This document shows, one piece after another, positions 1 to 8,122 of a stretch of 64,000 bases of DNA. Location of the stretch: positions 90,470-154,469 of the forward strand of contig JACPMK010000003.1 in the NCBI GenBank assembly GCA_016186115.1, in the 5' to 3' direction. The notes below the pieces were generated by a model. It was not told where the DNA came from. It saw nothing but the letters and a program-made list of their open reading frames with translations, and searched no databases. The translations under genes and the position numbers were made by a program. The stretch is from Candidatus Wildermuthbacteria bacterium. Its GTDB lineage: Bacteria; Patescibacteriota; Minisyncoccia; Minisyncoccales; UBA10102. Positions within the stretch are counted from its first letter, which is position 1. Each line of letters starts with the position of its first letter.

Positions 1-726
1 CGCTTTGCGAGTTGCTCTGTTGTGAGAACTCACAAGTAAAAATTTCATTACTTTTGTTCGGAAAGAGCGGAACGATCCGTCGAATTTGCTTTGGCGGTGA
101 TAGTGACGGCTGCGCCGGTTGATTTGCTTATCTTTTAGAACCGTTGCGCCGTAATCAAATAGAGCGTAGTGCCATTCACGTAGGGATATAACATGATTAG
201 AGCGGCCGCTCCAATTGTGTAATAGTGCTTGTTGGGCGATTTTCAAAATTTCTTTGTCGGAAACATCTTTTTTGTTCGGAAAGAAAAAGTGGAGGTACGC
301 GCGGCGGATGTTGGTGTCGAGAAACGCATCTTTGCCGTTGAACGCGAAACACGCGACGGCATGCGCGGTGTAGGGGCCAATGCCTGGCAACCTTTCCAGT
401 TCCGCAGGATCCTTTGGAAATTTGCCCCTATATTTCTCGATGATAATTTGAGCCGCCTGTTTTAAGTATTTTGCTCGTCGCCAGTATCCAAGTCCCGACC
501 ATGTTTTCAGCAATCTCTTATCTGCGGCTGCCGCCAGAGATGTGAGATCGGGAAATGCGCGGAGAAATTCTTTGTATTTTGGCAAAACTCTTGAAACTTG
601 TGTCTGCTGGAGCATCACTTCCGAAACAAGGATTTTATAAGGATCTTGCGTCCGCCGCCACGGCAAATCCCTCCGATTTTTTTTGTACCAATCCAAAATA
701 ATATTTTGAAATTTCCGCACCGTCAT
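1..726 (-). CDS. mutY: A/G-specific adenine DNA glycosylase (HhH-GPD family, MutY-like); 3' end cut by window edge
   Basis: My own translation of the minus strand from the ATG at 724-726 gives MTVRKFQNIILDWYKKNRRDLPWRRTQDPYKILVSEVMLQQTQVSRVLPKYKEFL...LPGIGPYTAHAVACFAF. It is absent from the ORF track because it runs off the edge. Confidence 0.85.
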   Translation of the reverse strand, partial: MTVRKFQNIILDWYKKNRRDLPWRRTQDPYKILVSEVMLQQTQVSRVLPKYKEFLRAFPDLTSLAAAADKRLLKTWSGLGYWRRAKYLKQAAQIIIEKYRGKFPKDPAELERLPGIGPYTAHAVACFAFNGKDAFLDTNIRRAYLHFFFPNKKDVSDKEILKIAQQALLHNWSGRSNHVISLREWHYALFDYGATVLKDKQINRRSRHYHRQSKFDGSFRSFRTKVMKFLLVSSHNRATRKA

Positions 727-815
727 ATCTCGATTATACAGATTTTCCTTATCTCATAAAATAATGGACAAAAGGGGCTAAAGTAGGTAAAATCAAGCAT
801 TGAAACGCTATTGAT

Positions 816-3251
816 ATGCAAAAGTACAATCCTCAAAAAATTGAGGCAAAGTGGAAACGGATTTGGAAGAAGGCCAAACAATGGAAGGTGGATTTGAAAA
901 GAGCAAAAAAGCCCTACTACAATTTGATGATGTTTCCCTATCCTTCGGCTGAAGGACTGCACGTAGGGAATGTGTATGCCTTTACCGGATCTGATATCTA
1001 TGGGCGATTTCGCCGCATGCAACAGAACGACGTGTTTGAGCCAATGGGGTTTGATTCTTTTGGAATTCATTCGGAAAACTACGCCATAAAAGTTGGGGTT
1101 CATCCCAAGATCCAAACCAACAAAAATATCCAGAATTTCCGAAAACAGCTCAAAGCGCTTGGCGCGCTTTTTGCTTGGGATCACGAAGTTATTACTTCGG
1201 AACCCGAATACTACAAATGGACCCAGTGGTTGTTTTTGCAATTGTATAAAGCCGGTTTAGCATATCGCGCAAAAGCTCCAGTTGACTGGTGCCCTTCCTG
1301 CAAAACTGTTTTGGCTGATGAGCAGGTAATACAGGGAAGATGCGAACGGTGTGACAGCGAAGTCGTACAAAAAGAATTGGAGCAGTGGTTTTTCCGAATT
1401 ACCAAGTATGCTGAAAAGCTCCTGAAAAACCTCGAAACCATAGATTGGTCCGAAAGAACAAAAATTGCCCAAAGGAATTGGATAGGACGATCTGAGGGTG
1501 CTCAGATCGAATTCAAAATTCAAAGTTCAAAACTCAAAATTGAGGTCTTTACTACGAGGCCAGATACTCTGTTCGGAGCTACATATCTCGTGCTTAGTCC
1601 CGAGCACTCGCAAATTCCAAACCTCAAATCACAAATTACAAATTGGAACGAAGTAGAAAATTATATCGCCCAAGCAAAAAAGAAAAGCGAATTAGAGCGC
1701 ACGGAGCTTACGAAAGAAAAAACAGGAGTTGAGCTCAAAGGGATAAAAGCGATAAATCCTGCGAACAACGAGGAAATTCCCGTGTGGATTGCTGACTACG
1801 TGTTGGCCTCTTATGGCACGGGCGCCATTATGGCCGTTCCCGCGCACGACCAGCGAGATTTAGAATTTGCAACAAAATACAATCTTCCCATCAAACAGGT
1901 AGTTTGCGGCAATTATCCAGAACCTGTATGCCCCATATTAGCGGAGGCGTATCTTGGGCCGGGCCATCTCGTGGGTTCTGATAAGTTTGATGGTATGGAG
2001 TTTGAAAAAGCGAAATGGGAAATTACCAAGTTTGTCGGAGGCAAAAAAACAATAAATTACCATCTTCGCGACTGGCTGATTTCGCGCCAGCGATACTGGG
2101 GACCACCCATACCTATTATATATTGTGATAAGTGTGGAACTGTACCGGTGCCAGAAAAAGATTTACCGGTGTTGCTTCCGAATGTAAAAGAGTTTCGCCC
2201 GACTGGTACCGGAAAATCGCCATTGGCTTCGGTTCCGAGTTTTGTGAATACAAAATGTCCACAGTGCAAGGGGCCGGCTGAACGGGAAACTGATGTTTCA
2301 GATACGTTTCTCGATTCTTCTTGGTATTTCTTTGGGTATCTTTTGAAGTTTGGAAATTGGAAATTAGGATTTGGGAATTCAGCATTTTCTCAACTGTTGA
2401 AAAAATGGTGTCCTGTGGATATGTATATTGGCGGGCAAGAGCATGCGGTTTTGCATTTACTCTACACGCGATTTATTACAATGGCCCTTAAGGACATGGG
2501 CTTTATTGATTTCAAGGAGCCGTTCAAAAAGTTCCGGGCGCATGGATTGCTTACAAAAGACGGCGCAAAGATGTCGAAGTCCAAAGGAAATGTGGTGAAT
2601 CCAGATGAATATTTTGCAAAATACGGAGCTGATACGGTACGAATGTATTTAATGTTTTTGGGGCCATTTAGCGAGGGAGGAGATTGGAGTGACAAGGGGA
2701 TTGTGGGGATTTATCGTTTTCTGAACAGGATCTGGAATTTTCAATTTCCAATTTCCAATTTTCAATCAAATTCTAATGTTCCAAATTCTAAACTTGAGAG
2801 TCTACGACACAAAACGATTAAGAAAGTTACGGAAGATCTTGAGAATCTGCGATACAACACCGCGATCGCAGCGTTGATGGAATACTTTAATGAAATTTCT
2901 AATTTTCAATTTATAATTTCTAAACAATACATTGAAACACTTCTTGTCTTGCTTGCGCCGTTTGCGCCCCATATTGCCGAAGAGCTCTGGAGCCAACTAC
3001 GCGCTAAGGGCAGCGTTCACAACCAACCTTGGCCGTCGTATAGCCCCAAGCTGATCAAAGAAGAAAAAATACGTCTTGTTCTGCAAGTGAATGGAAGGGT
3101 GCGCGATGTGATCGAAGTGCCAGCCCAGATTTCGGAAGGCGAGGCAAAAGAGCTTGCTCTTCGGCAAAAATCGATCCAGAAATGGATCGAAGGCAAACAA
3201 ATCCAGCGAGTAATTTTTATTCCTCAAAAGCTTCTCAATATCGTGGCGTAG
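816..3251 (+). CDS. leuS: Leucyl-tRNA synthetase
   Basis: 811-aa ORF with an N-terminal YNPQKIEAKW, the HIGH-type motif GLHVGNVY, the KMSKS motif GAKMSKSKGN, and the CP1 editing block TRPDTLFGATY...AVPAHDQRD. Confidence 0.97.
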   Translation: MQKYNPQKIEAKWKRIWKKAKQWKVDLKRAKKPYYNLMMFPYPSAEGLHVGNVYAFTGSDIYGRFRRMQQNDVFEPMGFDSFGIHSENYAIKVGVHPKIQTNKNIQNFRKQLKALGALFAWDHEVITSEPEYYKWTQWLFLQLYKAGLAYRAKAPVDWCPSCKTVLADEQVIQGRCERCDSEVVQKELEQWFFRITKYAEKLLKNLETIDWSERTKIAQRNWIGRSEGAQIEFKIQSSKLKIEVFTTRPDTLFGATYLVLSPEHSQIPNLKSQITNWNEVENYIAQAKKKSELERTELTKEKTGVELKGIKAINPANNEEIPVWIADYVLASYGTGAIMAVPAHDQRDLEFATKYNLPIKQVVCGNYPEPVCPILAEAYLGPGHLVGSDKFDGMEFEKAKWEITKFVGGKKTINYHLRDWLISRQRYWGPPIPIIYCDKCGTVPVPEKDLPVLLPNVKEFRPTGTGKSPLASVPSFVNTKCPQCKGPAERETDVSDTFLDSSWYFFGYLLKFGNWKLGFGNSAFSQLLKKWCPVDMYIGGQEHAVLHLLYTRFITMALKDMGFIDFKEPFKKFRAHGLLTKDGAKMSKSKGNVVNPDEYFAKYGADTVRMYLMFLGPFSEGGDWSDKGIVGIYRFLNRIWNFQFPISNFQSNSNVPNSKLESLRHKTIKKVTEDLENLRYNTAIAALMEYFNEISNFQFIISKQYIETLLVLLAPFAPHIAEELWSQLRAKGSVHNQPWPSYSPKLIKEEKIRLVLQVNGRVRDVIEVPAQISEGEAKELALRQKSIQKWIEGKQIQRVIFIPQKLLNIVA
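1511..1545 (+). repeat. 7-nt phased micro-array ATTCAAA|ATTCAAA|GTTCAAA|ACTCAAA|ATTGAGG inside leuS
   Basis: Read directly from the sequence. It encodes KIQSSKLKIE. Confidence 0.8.
1611..1645 (+). repeat. 7-nt phased micro-array CAAATTC|CAAACCT|CAAATCA|CAAATTA|CAAATTG inside leuS
   Basis: Read directly from the sequence. It encodes QIPNLKSQITNW. Confidence 0.8.
2343..2377 (+). repeat. 7-nt phased micro-array TTGAAGT|TTGGAAA|TTGGAAA|TTAGGAT|TTGGGAA inside leuS
   Basis: Read directly from the sequence. It encodes KFGNWKLGFGN. The unit is the reverse complement of the 2736-2770 unit. Confidence 0.8.
2736..2770 (+). repeat. 7-nt phased micro-array AATTTTC|AATTTCC|AATTTCC|AATTTTC|AATCAAA inside leuS
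   Basis: Read directly from the sequence. It encodes NFQFPISNFQSN. Confidence 0.8.
2894..2928 (+). repeat. 7-nt phased micro-array AATTTCT|AATTTTC|AATTTAT|AATTTCT|AAACAAT inside leuS
   Basis: Read directly from the sequence. It encodes ISNFQFIISKQ. Confidence 0.8.
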
Positions 3252-3301
3252 GGTTGTTTTTTCGCTTAAATTGTGGTAGAGTGAGGGCAGAAAAAGATTG
3301 C

Positions 3302-3330
3302 GCACGAACCCCGTTGAGCCGTGCTTTTTT
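3302..3330 (+). terminator. Weak candidate rho-independent terminator after leuS
   Basis: A GCACG(3302-3306)/CGTGC(3320-3324) stem with a 13-nt loop is followed by TTTTTT (3325-3330). The short stem makes this a low-confidence call. Confidence 0.35.
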
Positions 3331-3361
3331 GCTTAATCGCTCGAGTAAGTGATTTTTCTTT

Positions 3362-3420
3362 GCCCCGCCCCGTCATTCGGCTGGGGCGGGGCACATTTCG
3401 CCTCGCCCTTACGGGCTGGC
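3362..3420. other. Two GC-rich hairpins in the leuS-glmS spacer
   Basis: There is a perfect 10-bp stem, GCCCCGCCCC (3362-3371) with GGGGCGGGGC (3383-3392), and a second hairpin GCCtcGCCC-TTAC-GGGCtGGC (3400-3420). Neither has a flanking U-run on either strand. Confidence 0.6.
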
Positions 3421-3537
3421 TCAACGTGGGCACCTACGCGTCTGCAGAAAAACCACTTTTTCTCTCTCTGTCTATATACTAAATGCCCTGCCCGCAATGC
3501 TACGCATAGCGTTGTAGGCGGGTAAATACTAATTACC

Positions 3538-5370
3538 ATGTGCGGAATTGTTGGCTATATTGGCAAGCAAAAAGATATACGGATTGGCCTTGAGGCATTG
3601 CGGCGTCTGGAATACAGAGGATATGATTCTGCCGGGATGGCCGTGTACAATGCCGATGCGAAAACAATTCACTCTTTAAAAGCCGTGGGGAGGGTTGTAA
3701 ATTTGGAGCAAAGATTGAAAGAAGTTTCTTTCGAAGGAAGCCCATTTCTTTTTTATACAAGGTGGGCAACGCATGGCGGCGTCACCGAAGAAAATTGTCA
3801 TCCGCATTCCGATTGCAAAAATTCTGTCTGGGTAGTGCATAACGGCATTATCGAGAATTACCGTGAACTCAAAGAAAAATTGCAGCAGGAAGGTCATGCT
3901 TTTCATTCAGAAACAGATACGGAAGTAATTCCCCATTTGATAGAGCGTTTTTTCGAAGGCAATCTGGAGGAGGCAGTGCGCAAAATGCTTGGGTTGATCA
4001 GAGGGTCATTTGCTTTGGGTATTATTTCCAAGGATGATCCAGAAAAGCTTGTAGTCGTGCGCAATTCGGCACCTTTGCTCATCGGCGTTGGCGAAAATGA
4101 ATATCTGGTCGCATCAGATCCTTCTGCAATTGTGAGCCAGACAAAAAAAGTGATGTATCTGGAAGATGGCGAGATGGCATCTCTTACTCCTGAACGATGT
4201 TTGATTGAGGATATCAATCATCATGCGGTTCGCAAAGCAATTCATGAGATTGATTGGAGCGTAGAAGATGCGCAGAAAGGCGGCTATTCCCATTTTATGC
4301 TCAAGGAAATTATGGAGCAGCCAGAAAGTATTACCAATGCCTTGCGGGGAAGGGTATTGCCAGACACGGGCGAGGCGCGATTCGGTGGGCTAAGCGTAGT
4401 GCGGGAAAGATTGCGCTCAATCAAACGTATCAGCATAACTGCTTGCGGAACCGCATATTATGCCGGCTTGGTGGGAAGGTACATGCTTGAGGAATATACG
4501 GGCTTGCCTTGCGAGGCGGATGTTGCTTCTGAATTTCGCTATCGCAGACCGATCGTGAAAGACGACACCGCATTTCTTTTTATTTCCCAGTCAGGAGAAA
4601 CAGCGGATACCTTGGCCGCATTGCGCGAGGTAAAGAAAAAGGGAGGGCTTACCCTTGGGATTATCAATGTGACCGGGTCGTCGGTGGCAAGAGAGACCGA
4701 TGCAGGGATATACAATCATGCCGGGCCTGAAATCGGGGTTGCTTCGACCAAAGCATTTACCTCGCAGCTCACGATTTTGGCGTTGCTCACTTTGCTTCTA
4801 GGGAGGCAGCGGGAAATGTCGCTGGCGGACGGGCAAGTCGTTACAAGGGAGCTTCAAAGAATTCCCGATTTGGTTAAGCAAATTTTAGAGCAGAGAGAAA
4901 AGATAAAAGAAATTGCAGAGAAATACAAACATGCAGAAAACTTTTTATTCATTGGCAGAAAATATAACTATCCGGTTGCCTTGGAGGGGGCTCTCAAATT
5001 GAAAGAAATCTCGTATATTCATGCCGAGGGATACGGCGCGGGCGAAATGAAGCATGGCCCCATCGCGCTGATCGATGAGCAGTTTCCTACGATTGCTCTT
5101 TGCCCGCAAGACAGCGTGTACGAAAAAATGGTTTCCAATATCCAAGAGATCAAAGCGAGAAAGGGACCAGTGATCGCGATCACGAACGAAGGGAATGGCG
5201 GAATGAAAGAAATTGCAGACGACGTAATTTTTGTTCCAAGAACAATTGAGATGCTCAATCCTATCCTTATGGTTATTCCGTTGCAGCTGTTCGCCTATTT
5301 CATTGGAGTCGCGCGAGGATATGATGTGGACAAGCCCCGCAATTTAGCAAAGAGCGTTACAGTTGAATAG
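3538..5370 (+). CDS. glmS: Glutamine--fructose-6-phosphate aminotransferase (isomerising)
   Basis: 610 aa with an N-terminal MCGIVGY Ntn-amidotransferase start, two SIS domains, and the C-terminal ...LAKSVTVE. Confidence 0.97.
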   Translation: MCGIVGYIGKQKDIRIGLEALRRLEYRGYDSAGMAVYNADAKTIHSLKAVGRVVNLEQRLKEVSFEGSPFLFYTRWATHGGVTEENCHPHSDCKNSVWVVHNGIIENYRELKEKLQQEGHAFHSETDTEVIPHLIERFFEGNLEEAVRKMLGLIRGSFALGIISKDDPEKLVVVRNSAPLLIGVGENEYLVASDPSAIVSQTKKVMYLEDGEMASLTPERCLIEDINHHAVRKAIHEIDWSVEDAQKGGYSHFMLKEIMEQPESITNALRGRVLPDTGEARFGGLSVVRERLRSIKRISITACGTAYYAGLVGRYMLEEYTGLPCEADVASEFRYRRPIVKDDTAFLFISQSGETADTLAALREVKKKGGLTLGIINVTGSSVARETDAGIYNHAGPEIGVASTKAFTSQLTILALLTLLLGRQREMSLADGQVVTRELQRIPDLVKQILEQREKIKEIAEKYKHAENFLFIGRKYNYPVALEGALKLKEISYIHAEGYGAGEMKHGPIALIDEQFPTIALCPQDSVYEKMVSNIQEIKARKGPVIAITNEGNGGMKEIADDVIFVPRTIEMLNPILMVIPLQLFAYFIGVARGYDVDKPRNLAKSVTVE

Positions 5371-5377
5371 AAACACC

Positions 5378-6442
5378 ATGAAACTTTTTGAATACGAAGG
5401 GAAAAAACTTTTCGAAAAATACGGCATTCCCGTGCCAAAGGGTGTGCTTTTGACGATGGAGTCAACCAGACCATTGCTTGCCCCTCCGCTTGCGCTGAAG
5501 GCGCAGGTTCTTGCGGGAGAGCGAAAGGCAAGGGGAGGAGTTCTCTTTGTGGAAGATATGCAGGATTTTGAAAAAGCAAAAAGAAAACTTTTTGAAACAA
5601 CTATTGATGGCGAGACCCCTTCATATATTTTAGCCGAAGAAAGAATTCAAGCAGTTCAGGAATTATATGTAAGCTTTAGTTACGATACCGAAAGCAGAGG
5701 ACCCATTCTTGCAATTTCTGCAAAAGGAGGAACTGGCATTGCCGAGGCACAAATTATTCCTATTGATATTGCTTTGGGGTTGCCCGATTTTCTTATTCGC
5801 AACGCCTTGCTGCAAGCCCAGCTCCCATTGAATTCTTCATTGATCGCACTTATCAAATCGCTTTGGAGATTATTTATAGAGGAGAAAGCGATTCTTGCCG
5901 AAATCAACCCTCTTTTTGTGGTGAAAGAAGGAGTATATGTTGCGGGCGATGCAAAAATTATCCTTGATGACAATGTGATGAATCCTTTGTTCCGTCCCTT
6001 TCTCGATCTTGATGGCGACATTGCGGTGCTGGCATCGGGCGGAGGGGCCTCGCTCATAAATTTAGATGCTCTGCTTTATTTCGGCGGCAAACCTGCAAAT
6101 TATGTGGAGTATTCTGGCAATCCTCCGGCATCGGTGGTTGAAGAGTTGACGGTGCGGGTGTTCTCAAAACCCGGATTGAAGGGCTGCTGGGTGGTTGGGG
6201 GGACAGCGAACTTCACGGATATTTATGAGACCATGCTTGGGTTTGTGCAGGGTTTGCGCAAAATCCAGCCCAAGCCAACTTTTCCCATTGTGATTCGCAG
6301 AGATGGCCCGCGCCAAAAAGAGGGCTTTGAAATGCTACGAGAAGTTGCAAAAAATGAAGGATACAATTTCCATTTGTATGGGCCAGAGCTTCCTATGTCA
6401 GAGACAGCCCGCATTATGGTTGAATTAGCTTATAAAAAATGA
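5378..6442 (+). CDS. ATP-grasp beta-type subunit, ATP-citrate lyase / citryl-CoA synthetase-like (SucC superfamily)
   Basis: The ORF runs 5363-6442 and the likely start is the ATG at 5378 (MKLFEYEGKKLFEKYGIPVP). The motif GGGASLINLDALLYFGGKPANYVEYSGNP resembles the ACL-type ANYGEYSG block more than the SucC block. Confidence 0.7.
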   Translation: MKLFEYEGKKLFEKYGIPVPKGVLLTMESTRPLLAPPLALKAQVLAGERKARGGVLFVEDMQDFEKAKRKLFETTIDGETPSYILAEERIQAVQELYVSFSYDTESRGPILAISAKGGTGIAEAQIIPIDIALGLPDFLIRNALLQAQLPLNSSLIALIKSLWRLFIEEKAILAEINPLFVVKEGVYVAGDAKIILDDNVMNPLFRPFLDLDGDIAVLASGGGASLINLDALLYFGGKPANYVEYSGNPPASVVEELTVRVFSKPGLKGCWVVGGTANFTDIYETMLGFVQGLRKIQPKPTFPIVIRRDGPRQKEGFEMLREVAKNEGYNFHLYGPELPMSETARIMVELAYKK

Positions 6443-7341
6443 GCATTCTTGTTGATAAAAATACAATAGTTCTTGTGCAGGGAATTACGGGGAGAGAGGG
6501 CTCGCGTGCGGCGCGCGAGATGATTTCTTATGGAACAAAAGTTGCTGCTGGCGTGACTCCAGGCAAGGGCGGAACAAAAACCGAAGAAGGAATCCCAGTT
6601 TTCAATAGCGTGAAAGAAGCAAAAGGAGCATTCCCCGAAATCAACACTTCTTTGATTGCGGTGCCTCCGGCATTTGTGCTTGATGCGACTCTGGAGGCAA
6701 TGGCAAATCGTATACGGCTCATTGATATTCTTACCGAAAAAGTGCCTGTTGCAGAAGTGGCTCGCATGATTCGTTTTGCAGAGTATTATCAGGCAAAAAT
6801 TGTTGGGCCGAGTTCGGTTGGCATTCTTTCGCCCGGCAAAGGAAAGGTAGGCAGCATTGGCAGTTCTGAATTGGTGTATCGTATTTTTGCCCCCGGCCCA
6901 GTGGGCGTCATTTCCAAAAGCGGAGGAATGACTGCCGAACTTTCGAGAATTCTTACCGAGCAAGGTCTGGGCCAGAGCACCATTATTGGGATCGGCGGAG
7001 ATTTGTTGATCGGTTCTGATTTTGTTGATCTTGCCCTTGAATTTGAAAAGGACGCAGAAACAAAGGCAATCGCGATCTTTGGTGAGATCGGCGGCACCTA
7101 TGAGGAGCAGCTAGCAGAAGCAATAAGCGCAGGAAAAATTACCAAGCCCGTTGTCGCGCTCATTGCGGGGCGTTTCGCAGAACAGCTTCCGCAAGATACA
7201 GTATTGGGCCATGCGGGAGCAATCGTGAGCAAAGGAAGAGGATCGGCACGATCGAAGATCGAAGCGCTCACCAAGGCAGGCGCTCTTGTTGCCAACACCC
7301 CGGAAGAAATCCCATCGCTTATAAAAAAGGTCCTTACCTAA
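6439..7341 (+). CDS. CoA-binding alpha-type subunit (SucD / ACL-alpha / CcsB-like) with phosphohistidine loop
   Basis: 300 aa with VQGITGREGS, TPGKGG, and the phosphohistidine loop VLGHAGAIVS. It overlaps the upstream gene by 4 nt. Confidence 0.8.
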   Translation: MSILVDKNTIVLVQGITGREGSRAAREMISYGTKVAAGVTPGKGGTKTEEGIPVFNSVKEAKGAFPEINTSLIAVPPAFVLDATLEAMANRIRLIDILTEKVPVAEVARMIRFAEYYQAKIVGPSSVGILSPGKGKVGSIGSSELVYRIFAPGPVGVISKSGGMTAELSRILTEQGLGQSTIIGIGGDLLIGSDFVDLALEFEKDAETKAIAIFGEIGGTYEEQLAEAISAGKITKPVVALIAGRFAEQLPQDTVLGHAGAIVSKGRGSARSKIEALTKAGALVANTPEEIPSLIKKVLT

Positions 7342-7396
7342 GGGTCCTCTCAAACATGTTCCTTCGACGACGTTTCGTATTGTAAATTACAAGAAT

Positions 7397-8122
7397 ATGA
7401 AGTTTCACACAAGTATTAGTAAAACAGAAAATGGGGTTCATGTGATCCGTGGCCATGATCTCATTGAGCTCATGGAAAAGCACTCATTTGTGGAGGTGAT
7501 TTTTTTGCTCTTGCGAGGCAGTTTGCCAGAAGAGCGTGAACGAGAATTGATGGAAACAATGTTGGTAGCTCCGGTAGAAAACGGACTGGAAGCGCCTTCT
7601 ATTTTTATTCCTCGCATCGTGGCTTCTACGGGAAATAATTTTCATACCGCATTGGCTGCAGGAGTATTGGCAATTGGCGAGCGGCACGGCGGCGCAGGAG
7701 AAGCAGCGGCGCAATTGTTTTCCTCAGGAAAAAGTGCAGTTGAAATTGTAGATGAATATATACGCAATAAAAAGATTCTTCCGGGTTTTGGCCACAAGAT
7801 TTATAAAGAAGAAGACCCGAGGGCAACTGCAATATATAAGAGAGCAAAAGAACTCGGATTCTCTTGTCGATATTTTGAACTTGCCTATGCCATAGAGCAG
7901 GAGTTTGCCAAGCAAAAGGGCAAAAAAATTCCTCTCAATATCGATGGCGCGTTGGCGGCAGGATTGCTTGAGCTTGGGTTTGACGCACGGCTCGGGAAAG
8001 CATTCTTTTTGATTTCACGGATCATTGGCATGTCCGCACATATCTTGGAGGAGCTTAATCAGAATAATCCCTATTATCGTCTTGAAGAGAGCGAAGTTAC
8101 TCCTGACGAAAATGCATCATGA
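7397..8122 (+). CDS. Short citrate-synthase-fold protein (citryl-CoA lyase-like)
   Basis: 241 aa that retains the citrate-synthase catalytic contexts ERHGGAGEAA, GFGHKIYKEEDPRA and LNIDGALAA. Its length matches the lyase or C-terminal ACL module, not a full citrate synthase. Confidence 0.7.
   Translation: MKFHTSISKTENGVHVIRGHDLIELMEKHSFVEVIFLLLRGSLPEERERELMETMLVAPVENGLEAPSIFIPRIVASTGNNFHTALAAGVLAIGERHGGAGEAAAQLFSSGKSAVEIVDEYIRNKKILPGFGHKIYKEEDPRATAIYKRAKELGFSCRYFELAYAIEQEFAKQKGKKIPLNIDGALAAGLLELGFDARLGKAFFLISRIIGMSAHILEELNQNNPYYRLEESEVTPDENAS

Noticed and set aside
1511-2928. Heptamer arrays as CRISPR, MITE or IS remnants
   Set aside because: The units are 7 nt with no spacers, and the arrays are only ~35 nt long. 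They are in-frame inside conserved genes, and there are no terminal inverted repeats bounding non-coding cargo or transposase. They do not match any mobile-element or CRISPR architecture.
3340-3537. glmS ribozyme upstream of glmS
   Set aside because: The position is right and the region is structured. However, I could not find the conserved ribozyme core blocks as I remember them on either strand. It is reported only as an unexplained structured spacer.
5378-7341. Plain succinyl-CoA synthetase sucCD
   Set aside because: This remains possible. However, the ACL-like ANYVEYSG block, the adjacent short citrate-synthase-fold gene and the absence of other TCA genes make the citryl-CoA/ACL interpretation more interesting. 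The features are labelled generically and no sucC/sucD symbols are given.
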